DNA from: Clostridia bacterium
GTDB lineage: Bacteria > Bacillota > Clostridia > RGIG6154
Direction of reading: 5' to 3'
Length of the DNA: 64,000 nucleotides
Assembly (NCBI GenBank): GCA_045589295.1
Contig: JAZNOU010000002.1
Coordinates: forward strand, 1 to 64,000
Of the stretch, positions 8,394 through 17,980 are shown in pieces. Below the pieces are notes generated by a model, which saw only the letters and a program-made list of their open reading frames with translations, was not told the origin of the DNA and searched no databases. The first letter of the stretch is position 1. Every line of letters begins with the position of its first letter. The translations under genes and the position numbers were made by a program.

Positions 8394-8444
8394 AATTAAG
8401 TTAAAAACAATTTATATACAACTTTTACGGAATGAGGAACGACT

Positions 8445-11400
8445 ATGTACCATTTAACAAAACCTCAAAAGTTAATATACGATATGGAAAAATACGCAGG
8501 CGGTAGCATTTCCAATGTCTGCGGTAGTATTGTTATAAAAGGAGAAAAGGACATTTCTGTGCTGACTAATGCAGTAAATGAACTCTATCGTCTTAATGAT
8601 GCACTCCGTATCAGAATAACTGAAACAGACGGTGTTCCGTTCCAAACAGTTTCAGAGTATAAGGAACAGAAAATCAATGTGCTTCACTTTGCAGACAAAG
8701 AGGAGCTTAATTCTTATGCTGAAAAATATGCAAAAGAACCGATGGACTTTTATGGCTCTCTTTGCGAAATTAATGTAATTTTGTTAAATGCTGGCTATGG
8801 CTTACTTGTAAAATTGCATCACATAATCAGTGATGCCTGGACTTTATCTTTAATCGGTTCTCAGTTTAATACCCTTGCGAACGGTGAAATACCGGAGGCC
8901 TATTCATATCTAGACTACATACCAGCCGAACAAGATTATTTCAATGGAAAACGCTACCCTAAAGACAGAGAATATTATATAGAACAGTACAAAAAATGCG
9001 ATGACATCACATACATAAGCGACAAACAAGTTAAGTCTTATGTTTCAAACAGAAAACATTTTCTTGTTGATGAAGAAAAAACTGCTAAAATACAAAACTA
9101 TGCAAACGAGCATAAAACCTCTGTTTATATGCTCCTTATGACTGCACTTGGTACATATATAAACAGAATCAAAATGAACCAGGAAAAGTTTTATATCGGT
9201 ACCGCTATTTTAAATCGTACTAATGCCCAAGAGAAAAACACTATGGGTATGTTTATCAATACCGCTCCGGTGTTAATGGAACTTGATAATGAAAAAACTT
9301 TTTCTGAGAATTTAAGAGCAATTTCAAAAACTCTTTTTGGCATTATAAAACATCAAAAATTCAACTATGGCGAAGTACTTGAAACTCTCCGCCATGAATT
9401 TGATTTTTCAGGAAACCTTTATGATGTTATGCTTAGTTATCAGAATGCAAAATTCACTGGAATTGACACAGATTTTGAAAGTGTGTGGTACTGCAATGGT
9501 ATGCAGACGGAAAGTTTGCAGATGCATATTGATGACCGTGATAGTGAGGGTATCTTAAAAATTCACTATGATTATCAAGTTGAGAAATTTACAGAAAAAG
9601 AAATTGAAAGAATGCATGAGCATATATTCAATCTTCTTTTTGATGCTATAAATGAAGACAAACAAATAACTGAACTTGATATCTTATCTGACAAAGAGAA
9701 AACTACTCTCTTATGTGATTTCAATGATACAAAGGCAGACTACCCGAAGGATAAGTGTGTTCATCAGTTGTTTGAGGAACAAGTCTCGAAAACACCAGAT
9801 ATGACTGCTGTTATTGCTTGTGATAAAACTCTTACTTATGAAGAATTAAATAAACTGTCAAACAGAATTGCAAATGGTTTAATTAGAAACGGAATAAAAC
9901 CAAATGATACGGTTGCTTTTTCTATGTCAAGAAACAGTTTGATGATAGCCACAATGTTAGGAGTATTAAAAGTGGGCGCAGCCTATATGCCGCTTGACCC
10001 TAATTACCCACAAGATAGAATTGACTTTATGGTTAAAGATAGTAATTCAAAATTGTTGATTACAGATAGAAACATCGAAGATTACTTATCCTTTGAAGAA
10101 AGTTGTCCTATAAACAATATTTCTTCTGATGATAATTTTTGTATATTACACACCTCTGGTTCTACGGGTACACCCAAGTGCGCAGCTATAAAGCATAAAA
10201 ACATGGTAAACTTCATATACTCGAACCAATTTCTTTTAAGTAATATTGATAGCATCATAGCCATTAATATAATTACATTCGACGTGTTTGAAATGGATAC
10301 AATTTTTTCTATTGTTTCTGGAAAGCCTTGCATTCTTGCAAGTGAAGAACAGCAATTTGTTCAAAGTGAATTTGAGAAAATGATGAAACAATATAAGAAT
10401 TGTTTGTTTTGGGCGACACCTACTAAGATGCTGAATTATATTAATAATAGTAAAAACAAGGAGTTTGTGAAAAACATCAATTGTTATGTTGTCGGCGGGG
10501 AAATTATTACTCCTGAATTATTAGATACTGTAAGAAAATACAATGATTCTATCACGATTTATACAGTATACGGACCAACGGAAACTCTTATATATTCTAC
10601 TTTAACAGATGTTTCTAAAACAAATGATATAACTCTTGGTTTGCCAATAGCAAATACACAAATATATATAGTTGATAAATCAAATGCCATTGTACCTATT
10701 GGTGCTACTGGTGAACTTTGCATTGCAGGAGACGGAGTTGGTGCAGGCTATTTAAACAGACCTGAACTGACTGCAGAAAAGTTTATAGATAATCCCTTTG
10801 GAGAGGGTAAATTATATAAAACTGGAGACCTTGCATACTGGCGAGAAGATGGAAAAATCGCCTATGTAGGAAGAAATGATTTTCAGGTTAAGATAAGAGG
10901 TCTTAGGATAGAGCTTGGTGAAATTGAAAGTGCAATAGATTCTGTGGAGGGTGTTTCACAGGCAGTTGTTGTAGTACGCAAAAACGCAAGCGGAAGACAG
11001 CTTATATGTGCTTTCTACACTGAACAGACACCGGTTAATATTGCTGATATTAAATCTGCAATTTTATCAAAACTCCCTAAATATATGATGCCCCATATAT
11101 TTACTGTTCTTCCTGAAATGCCTTTAACTCCGAGTGGGAAGATTAACAGAAAGGCATTGCCCGAAATAGATTTAACAAATATATCTAATGAGGTTGAATT
11201 CGTAAAACCTCAATCAGAAATTCAAAAAGAACTTGCTAAACTTATGGAAAAGGTTATAAATTATTCACCCGTTGGACTGAATGATGATTTCTTTGACCTT
11301 GGTGGAGATAGTTTAAAGGCAATTGAATTTGTATCAAAGGCGCACAGTGAGGGTATCTATTTCAACTTACAGGCAGTATTTGATAACCCCACCCTTAAAG

Positions 11401-12662
11401 GTCTTTGCGAATACATAGAAAATGATGATAAAGAGCAAATATCTTTTAAAAATTCAGACTTTTCACAAATCAACGAGGTGCTTAAAAAGAACACATTGGA
11501 TAATGTGTCTGTACCGACAAAATGCGAGGTTGGGAATACATTGTTTGCAGGTGCAACCGGATATTTAGGTATGCATATTTTGGCAGATTTTCTTGACAAC
11601 GATAATGGTATTGCATATTGTCTTGTGCGTGGAGCGGACAAGCAGACAGCAAAAGAACGACTGACTAATTTATTGGAATTTTACTTTAGAGATAAGTATG
11701 TTAATTCAGAGAGAATTGTTGTACTTTGTTCCGACTTGCAGAAAGAAAACTTTGGTTTATCAAATGAAGAGTATAATGAGTTGATTAAGAATGTCAAAAC
11801 CGTTATAAACACCGCTGCAAGTGTTAAGCATTACGGTTCATACAAATATTTTTATGAAACCAATGTTGAAACAGTAAAAAATCTGATTGCTTTTTGTAAA
11901 AAAGCAGATGCAAAACTCATTCATACATCTACATTGAGTGTGTCCGGCAACAGCTTCGGTGATGAATTTGACGGATATATCAGTGATACAGAAAAGCATT
12001 TTTACGAGAGTAGTTTATACATTGAACAACCTCTTGAAAATGTTTACGCAAGAAGTAAGTTTGAGGCTGAGAAAACAATTCTTGAAGAAATGTCAACCGG
12101 ACTTAAAGCAAACATCATGCGTATGGGTAATCTGACCAACAGACTCGAAGATGCCAAGTTCCAGAAAAATCACGAATCTAATGCATTTTTAAATAGAATG
12201 AAAGCAATTTTAGATTTAGGAATATTCCCTGAATATCTTATGGATTTGTATCTGGAATTTACCCCTATTGATGATGCTGCGAGTGCGGTTATGGCAATTG
12301 CAAGACATTTTAGCACAGAGCAAACAGTGTTCCATATTAACAGTATCAAGGTTATGTATATGGACAAGGTTTTAGAATGCTTTAAAAAGTGCGGAATTGA
12401 TATGAAAGTTGTTGATGCCACTACATTTACAGAGGTTTTAAGAAGCACAGCAAAACAAAGTGGAACAGAATACATCTTCGAAACCTTTATCAATGATATG
12501 GATGAAGACGATAAACTTAACTATGATAGTAACATCCGTATTGAAAATGATTTTACTGTCGAGTATTTAAGAAAACTTGGCTTTGAATGGTCTGATATTG
12601 ATTTTGATTATATAAAGAGATATATTGAATATTTTAGAAACATTGGGTATTTGGAGGTGTGA
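8445..12662 (+). CDS. monomodular NRPS, C-A-T-R (terminal thioester reductase)
   Basis: HHIISDAW (C); TSGSTGTPK, YGPTE, YKTGDL, SGKINRK (A); FFDLGGDSL (T); GATGYLG and YARSK (R). Confidence 0.96.
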   Translation: MYHLTKPQKLIYDMEKYAGGSISNVCGSIVIKGEKDISVLTNAVNELYRLNDALRIRITETDGVPFQTVSEYKEQKINVLHFADKEELNSYAEKYAKEPMDFYGSLCEINVILLNAGYGLLVKLHHIISDAWTLSLIGSQFNTLANGEIPEAYSYLDYIPAEQDYFNGKRYPKDREYYIEQYKKCDDITYISDKQVKSYVSNRKHFLVDEEKTAKIQNYANEHKTSVYMLLMTALGTYINRIKMNQEKFYIGTAILNRTNAQEKNTMGMFINTAPVLMELDNEKTFSENLRAISKTLFGIIKHQKFNYGEVLETLRHEFDFSGNLYDVMLSYQNAKFTGIDTDFESVWYCNGMQTESLQMHIDDRDSEGILKIHYDYQVEKFTEKEIERMHEHIFNLLFDAINEDKQITELDILSDKEKTTLLCDFNDTKADYPKDKCVHQLFEEQVSKTPDMTAVIACDKTLTYEELNKLSNRIANGLIRNGIKPNDTVAFSMSRNSLMIATMLGVLKVGAAYMPLDPNYPQDRIDFMVKDSNSKLLITDRNIEDYLSFEESCPINNISSDDNFCILHTSGSTGTPKCAAIKHKNMVNFIYSNQFLLSNIDSIIAINIITFDVFEMDTIFSIVSGKPCILASEEQQFVQSEFEKMMKQYKNCLFWATPTKMLNYINNSKNKEFVKNINCYVVGGEIITPELLDTVRKYNDSITIYTVYGPTETLIYSTLTDVSKTNDITLGLPIANTQIYIVDKSNAIVPIGATGELCIAGDGVGAGYLNRPELTAEKFIDNPFGEGKLYKTGDLAYWREDGKIAYVGRNDFQVKIRGLRIELGEIESAIDSVEGVSQAVVVVRKNASGRQLICAFYTEQTPVNIADIKSAILSKLPKYMMPHIFTVLPEMPLTPSGKINRKALPEIDLTNISNEVEFVKPQSEIQKELAKLMEKVINYSPVGLNDDFFDLGGDSLKAIEFVSKAHSEGIYFNLQAVFDNPTLKGLCEYIENDDKEQISFKNSDFSQINEVLKKNTLDNVSVPTKCEVGNTLFAGATGYLGMHILADFLDNDNGIAYCLVRGADKQTAKERLTNLLEFYFRDKYVNSERIVVLCSDLQKENFGLSNEEYNELIKNVKTVINTAASVKHYGSYKYFYETNVETVKNLIAFCKKADAKLIHTSTLSVSGNSFGDEFDGYISDTEKHFYESSLYIEQPLENVYARSKFEAEKTILEEMSTGLKANIMRMGNLTNRLEDAKFQKNHESNAFLNRMKAILDLGIFPEYLMDLYLEFTPIDDAASAVMAIARHFSTEQTVFHINSIKVMYMDKVLECFKKCGIDMKVVDATTFTEVLRSTAKQSGTEYIFETFINDMDEDDKLNYDSNIRIENDFTVEYLRKLGFEWSDIDFDYIKRYIEYFRNIGYLEV

Positions 12663-12664
12663 AA

Positions 12665-14230
12665 ATGAAAAAGAACAATACTATTAATGTAATTCTAAAA
12701 ACATTGGCTTTGCTTATCCCTATAATGACAGCAGGGTTTGTTATTTATAACCAATTTTCTACACGTCAAATGTTCTATGAATATGAACAAGGGATTATAA
12801 AAGTTCTTTCAAATTTAAAAGACTCTCAAATTATTATAGATGAAAATTTAAAGAATGAAATAGTTATAGAAATTCAGAAATTGGTCAACAACGATTTAAA
12901 AGTATCAATGGATTTGTTGATAGGTCTATTTGGTATAGTTATATCCGTCTGGGTAGGACTTAATGTTTACAATATTCTAAAAAAAGATGATTTGGATGAA
13001 TTAGCATCAAGAGTTGAGACTACAATTGATGGGTTCGATTGTGATTTGTACAAAAACAAACAATTGCAAACTGCATATCTCTGTAAATCTTTCGACATAG
13101 TAGACAATTCTTCCTATTATTTTAATAAAAAAATTAACATTATGGATGTGCATGCAATTGAGTATGAATTCGTACTAAATGCTATTTTAATTGAGCACTC
13201 TTATACTAAACTGCGAAATTTATATAAACATAATAATTATATGAAAATGGATTTGTTTGTTGACCAAGGAATTGAACATTGTGAAAATGTATTAAAAGCT
13301 AAAGAATCATCTCTTCAGACATCTCCTAAATTTTTTAAGAGTTATGCTATACAAAACAATTTTATTAGCGGATATATTAATTATCGTTATGGCGACTTTT
13401 TATATTTTAAAGCTATGAAATTATATTATGGCAATAATAAAAGAGATTTAGCATTTGAGCACTTCAAACAAGCGATTGATAGATATATATCAGCCTTAGA
13501 ATATGATACAGAATTGGCACAAAGAACAGATATTTATAATATGATAGGCTTTATATATATTAAAATGTATGATTTTGCAAACAATCAAACAAAATATCAA
13601 TCCGAAATGGACGATTGGCGACAAAACGCTCTTTATTTCTGTGAATTGGCAAGTAAAAACACTATAAACAATGCTGTTGTCGTTAAAAATCTAGGTATAG
13701 CTTATGAAAGAAATGGAAATCTTGAAGAGGCCTTAAAAAAATATTTAGAATCGGTAGAAATAGATCCTTATAACTATAAATCAAGACTTTGTCTTGCTTC
13801 GGCATATATTAAACAAGCTCAGAATATACTTGGTATTTCAAAGGAGCGCGATAAATTATTATGCAATTTTATTTTTTCAGACGAGCAAATACAAAAGGCA
13901 ACGGCTTGGCTGGATAAATCAGAATCACAAATTGAACATCTAAAAAGAATTGATTCTAAACTTATTGATGCATATTACAAAGAAGGTGAAATTTTAACAT
14001 ATAGGTATCTCCTTTCAAATAAAAGAGCAAAACTTGCAAAACGTGCATTTCGTTGTTTTGAAATAGCTAATACATTCAACACGACATTTCTTGCCCACAA
14101 ATTTCACGAGCGTAATTTCTATGAGGCACTTGGAAAAATTGATAGAGCTAAAGAAATAAACTCAATTCTAAGCGGAGCAGATGTATCGCACATAGAAAAA
14201 CTATATAATAAAAAGGCGACAAATCCGTGA
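12665..14230 (+). CDS. membrane-anchored (2 TM) tetratricopeptide-repeat protein
   Basis: two hydrophobic N-terminal segments; TPR-like NLGIAYERNGNLEEALKKYLESVEIDP; GGAGGTG RBS inside the NRPS end. Confidence 0.8.
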   Translation: MKKNNTINVILKTLALLIPIMTAGFVIYNQFSTRQMFYEYEQGIIKVLSNLKDSQIIIDENLKNEIVIEIQKLVNNDLKVSMDLLIGLFGIVISVWVGLNVYNILKKDDLDELASRVETTIDGFDCDLYKNKQLQTAYLCKSFDIVDNSSYYFNKKINIMDVHAIEYEFVLNAILIEHSYTKLRNLYKHNNYMKMDLFVDQGIEHCENVLKAKESSLQTSPKFFKSYAIQNNFISGYINYRYGDFLYFKAMKLYYGNNKRDLAFEHFKQAIDRYISALEYDTELAQRTDIYNMIGFIYIKMYDFANNQTKYQSEMDDWRQNALYFCELASKNTINNAVVVKNLGIAYERNGNLEEALKKYLESVEIDPYNYKSRLCLASAYIKQAQNILGISKERDKLLCNFIFSDEQIQKATAWLDKSESQIEHLKRIDSKLIDAYYKEGEILTYRYLLSNKRAKLAKRAFRCFEIANTFNTTFLAHKFHERNFYEALGKIDRAKEINSILSGADVSHIEKLYNKKATNP

Positions 14231-14826
14231 TCGTTGTGTATTTATGCAAGGTTAATGTTAATATTGTCGAGGAGAACTTTTCATCTTTTCTAAAAGTTGT
14301 TTCCGTTGCCAAAAAGAAACGCATCCTTAAACAAAAAGAACAACAAAATGCATGCAATATGCTTATTGTTGAAATTCTTGCAAAAGTAGTTATTAAGAAA
14401 ACTTTTGGTATTGATATTGCACAACAAGAATTTGCTTATACAGAATACGGAAAACCATATCTGCTCAATTATCCCAATGTTCATTTTAATATAAGCCATT
14501 CGGGAGAATATGTTGCATGTGCAGTGTCCAATAAACCCATCGGAGTTGATATTCAAAAGATTGGAAAATACGATCCGGATGTTGCAAAAAGAGTTTGCAA
14601 TGAAAAAGAACTCGAACAAATTGAGAATAGTTCTGATAAAGCGTCCGAATTTACAAAGCTCTGGACACAAAAAGAGGCAGTCCTTAAAATGCATGGAACT
14701 GGTATTACCGGTGGCAACATAAAAGACTGTCTTGATAATCATAATGTTAAATCAGAAAGAATTGAAGATTATTGGATAAGTGTATGTGCGAATATTTCAA
14801 CAAAATACAGAAATGAGGAGCAGTAA
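14227..14826 (+). CDS. Sfp-type 4'-phosphopantetheinyl transferase
   Basis: YGKPYL, FNISHSG, IGVDIQ, LWTQKEAVLK. Confidence 0.95.
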   Translation: MIVVYLCKVNVNIVEENFSSFLKVVSVAKKKRILKQKEQQNACNMLIVEILAKVVIKKTFGIDIAQQEFAYTEYGKPYLLNYPNVHFNISHSGEYVACAVSNKPIGVDIQKIGKYDPDVAKRVCNEKELEQIENSSDKASEFTKLWTQKEAVLKMHGTGITGGNIKDCLDNHNVKSERIEDYWISVCANISTKYRNEEQ

Positions 14827-14835
14827 AAAGATCAT

Positions 14836-15903
14836 ATGGATATTTCTAAATTTGATAAATTCTGCACTTTGAAAATTATAAAAAACGATTGTGATAGTTA
14901 TCTAAAGCTTTTTCAATCAAATAGAAATTCAGTTCTATCTATGTGCATTATGCCATATTTGGCACTTATGTGCATGGAGATTCAAAATGTTATTAATGTT
15001 GAGCTATTTGAAAGCCCATATAATGTGATATTTTCTGATATGCGTAATAGTTTGAAAAGATTTATAGATAGATATGGCAAAACATCAAAAACCTTTTCAA
15101 AAGCAGATGAAATTCAAGATGCTCATTTTTCAGGATTACTACGTTTTAAAGCGTTATCTAAGCTAAACATACATTTAAATATTGGTATTTACTTTGATGA
15201 ATCAGGAAATGTCATAGGTAACACGCAACATTTGGCTTCGATATTTGATTTTGATAATATACCGGGAAATGATGAGAATGAAAAATCATATAATTTAGGA
15301 TATGAATTAGGACGTGCACTATCTTCCGTATTCAATGGTTTAAATGATACCTTCCCTGATGATGATTTAACATTAAATCAAATGCACCCCATATACTATT
15401 TGGATTTAAACACAAATAAAAAGGATGCTTTTTGGAATAACCAATATGATAAGGATGTGCGACTATATATTTTACATCTAATTAGTTTCATAGGTTTTAT
15501 TAACAACACACTATCAACACTTCTCCCACATGATAATTTGTGGTTGTTTAGATTAAGATACATCTCTTGCTATTATTGCATATGTGGATTAAACAAGCTC
15601 TGTTCACATATAAACGATGATGTTGTTCAAGATATAAAAACACTAATTGATGAATCCCATTGCATTTTTAATAGTCGGTTTAGAGGATGTATGATGCATT
15701 ATTCGTTTACCGACACAGATGGTTTTTGTATTAAAGAAGACTGTTTTGAACTTAATATCCCTTTATTTGGGCTAGTTGAAAGTTGTTTTTCTGGAAGATC
15801 TTTTGACAAATACAATGATGAATTGGTTTCATTGTCAGCGAAAATAGAACAATTATTAAAAAGCCAATTCAATATTGATAAAAATCGTTTACAACTTTTA
15901 TGA
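14836..15903 (+). CDS. hypothetical helical protein with an RxxxxH (HEPN-like) motif
   Basis: FRGCMMHY near the C-terminus; earlier MRNSLK may be a degenerate copy. Confidence 0.5.
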   Translation: MDISKFDKFCTLKIIKNDCDSYLKLFQSNRNSVLSMCIMPYLALMCMEIQNVINVELFESPYNVIFSDMRNSLKRFIDRYGKTSKTFSKADEIQDAHFSGLLRFKALSKLNIHLNIGIYFDESGNVIGNTQHLASIFDFDNIPGNDENEKSYNLGYELGRALSSVFNGLNDTFPDDDLTLNQMHPIYYLDLNTNKKDAFWNNQYDKDVRLYILHLISFIGFINNTLSTLLPHDNLWLFRLRYISCYYCICGLNKLCSHINDDVVQDIKTLIDESHCIFNSRFRGCMMHYSFTDTDGFCIKEDCFELNIPLFGLVESCFSGRSFDKYNDELVSLSAKIEQLLKSQFNIDKNRLQLL

Positions 15904-15931
15904 TGTAATTTCAATACTTGGAGACATATCA

Positions 15932-16828
15932 ATGAAAATATACGATGATTATTGCAACAAAAAACATACGAAAATAGAAGTTCCGATTATTCTTAAGAAA
16001 ACACATTCTGATTATGGGTATAATGAGAATTATTTTGATATTGATTGTGACTTCTATTGCCAAGAAAAGTGTTATATTAAAAATTCGTTTGTAGAAAAGA
16101 TACAAATGCAGAAAATCCACCCAATAAAGAATGATATAGAAATGAATGAAATAAAATGGAATGTGGAAATTATAATTCCAGAATATAAAGATGAAAACGA
16201 AGTTGGACTAATCGTAAGCAATTTTTGCGAAGAATTATCGTTATACTATGCCCTTGCATTTAAACACTTTCAACATGGTGGCTTTAAAGGTTTTACTTTT
16301 CAAGAAATGGATATTAAACGATATTACTCTGATGATAATAGAAATTATGGAGATGCTGCAATAAATTCACGCTGCGGAATGATTGAAATAAAAACATCCA
16401 CCAAGATAAAAGAGAACATCTTTGAATTACCTAAGTCATCTCTTATGCGTGATAGTTTCTATAATGATTTGAGTATTGCTTTTATTAATGCTTTAAAAGC
16501 GGATGATGATATATCTAGATTTCTGCTATTGTATTACTTATTTGAGTTGATTTTTGAATCTTCAGATTATAAAGAAATAGAAAAAATTAATGGAAAACGT
16601 TCAAAGGATAAAAACTTACTACAATATCTTACACATATAGGAATCGAAGAATATCATTCTTTTGAAAAAACACTTAATCTGTCAGAAGAAATTTTATTTG
16701 ATATAATAAAAACGAGAAACAACCTTGCTCATAGAGGAGACACAGCCAAGATTTCTTCCATTATGTATCAGCATCTACTGCCAATTTTACAACAATTACT
16801 GATTGCCCTAGAAAATAATAATTCTTAA
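15932..16828 (+). CDS. HEPN-domain protein (ApeA/MauJ-like)
   Basis: SRFLLLYYLFE helix and TRNNLAHRG motif; GGAG RBS before ATG 15932. Confidence 0.65.
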   Translation: MKIYDDYCNKKHTKIEVPIILKKTHSDYGYNENYFDIDCDFYCQEKCYIKNSFVEKIQMQKIHPIKNDIEMNEIKWNVEIIIPEYKDENEVGLIVSNFCEELSLYYALAFKHFQHGGFKGFTFQEMDIKRYYSDDNRNYGDAAINSRCGMIEIKTSTKIKENIFELPKSSLMRDSFYNDLSIAFINALKADDDISRFLLLYYLFELIFESSDYKEIEKINGKRSKDKNLLQYLTHIGIEEYHSFEKTLNLSEEILFDIIKTRNNLAHRGDTAKISSIMYQHLLPILQQLLIALENNNS

Positions 16829-16891
16829 AATTCCTTCGTTGACTTCCAATACTTTCTGTGGTAGTGTTTGTGTCATAGGAGGTGAAATAAG

Positions 16892-17176
16892 ATGAAAGTG
16901 ATTGAAGAATTCTGGTATGGGAATATAAATCCGATGGAAAGACCATTTCAAAGTCAACGGAAGTTTGATAAGGTGTTCAGGTTGCTTACCAAAAACGAAG
17001 AAGAACTGCTCAAAAACTTAAATGAGCAGGAAAAAGAATTATTTAATAAGGTCAAATCATGCTACGATGAAATGATACAAATAACAGAATGTCAAACATT
17101 TATAAAAGGCTTCAAATTAGGAGCAAGGTTCTTTATAGAATGTTTTGAAAATGATAACGACATATTCGATGAATGA
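16892..17176 (+). CDS. DUF6809-like small protein of Firmicutes mobile elements
   Basis: IEEFWYGNINP ... FIKGFKLGARF signature; GGAGGTG RBS. Confidence 0.75.
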   Translation: MKVIEEFWYGNINPMERPFQSQRKFDKVFRLLTKNEEELLKNLNEQEKELFNKVKSCYDEMIQITECQTFIKGFKLGARFFIECFENDNDIFDE

Positions 17177-17216
17177 GATTCGAGTATGTCGTTAATTTTA
17201 TGCCCAAAATGAAAGG

Positions 17217-17774
17217 ATGAAATTTATGAGGAAGAAAATAATATGTACGGCAATGGCGGTAACAATGCTGCTGACACAAACGGCATCGGCTGCACCTTGG
17301 CAGATGAGGCGAAATCAGCTTATATTCGATAGCGAAACTGAATTCATAGGAAATGTAACCTTGCAATTCGCATCGGATGGCGGCAGCTTTATCAGGCCAA
17401 TAACCAAAAGATATGGCGAGAGCGTCAGCTTAGAGAGTTATGTCCCTACAAAATACGGCTATACATTCAAGGGATGGTTCGCAGACCCACGAACAAAGCA
17501 GAATCAGGTAACAACATTCAAATTCACAAAGCCTGATGTACTTTACGCTAAGTGGGAACCTAACCCACAGGAACCCATAAATCCGAATGACGAAATTATG
17601 CGCAAGGACACCTGCTATCTCACAGATGAGGAAACTAAAATACGAAATGAACTAATACAAGAACAAAATAAGACCTACATAGACGGATTCGGCTATGTGG
17701 CTCCAAGCAAAACCCAAACTATCATCGTAGACTCGGACGGAGACATAAACAAAATGGTCGGAACAATGGAATAA
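17217..17774 (+). CDS. secreted protein with an InlB B-repeat and a DUF6550-like C-terminus
   Basis: signal peptide; PTKYGYTFKGWF...LYAKW; YIDGFGYV...GDINKMVG. Confidence 0.7.
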   Translation: MKFMRKKIICTAMAVTMLLTQTASAAPWQMRRNQLIFDSETEFIGNVTLQFASDGGSFIRPITKRYGESVSLESYVPTKYGYTFKGWFADPRTKQNQVTTFKFTKPDVLYAKWEPNPQEPINPNDEIMRKDTCYLTDEETKIRNELIQEQNKTYIDGFGYVAPSKTQTIIVDSDGDINKMVGTME

Positions 17775-17780
17775 AATCAC

Positions 17781-17815
17781 GAGAGGATAGGCGAAATCCG
17801 CCTATCCTCTTCCTC
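17781..17815 (+). terminator. terminator hairpin
   Basis: AGAGGATAGGCG-loop-CGCCTATCCTCT. Confidence 0.7.
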
Positions 17816-17980
17816 GTTATATAATCGATTTTAAGGTCAAGCTACAAAGGAGCTTAAAGGGCTTCAAAGACCAAACTCACGCAGATAGGGTAATTACACC
17901 CTGTCTGCTTTTTAATGCAAAATAAGGAAATATTAAAGGCATTGCAAGAGAATGCAATGCCTAGGAAAATTATAAAATAA

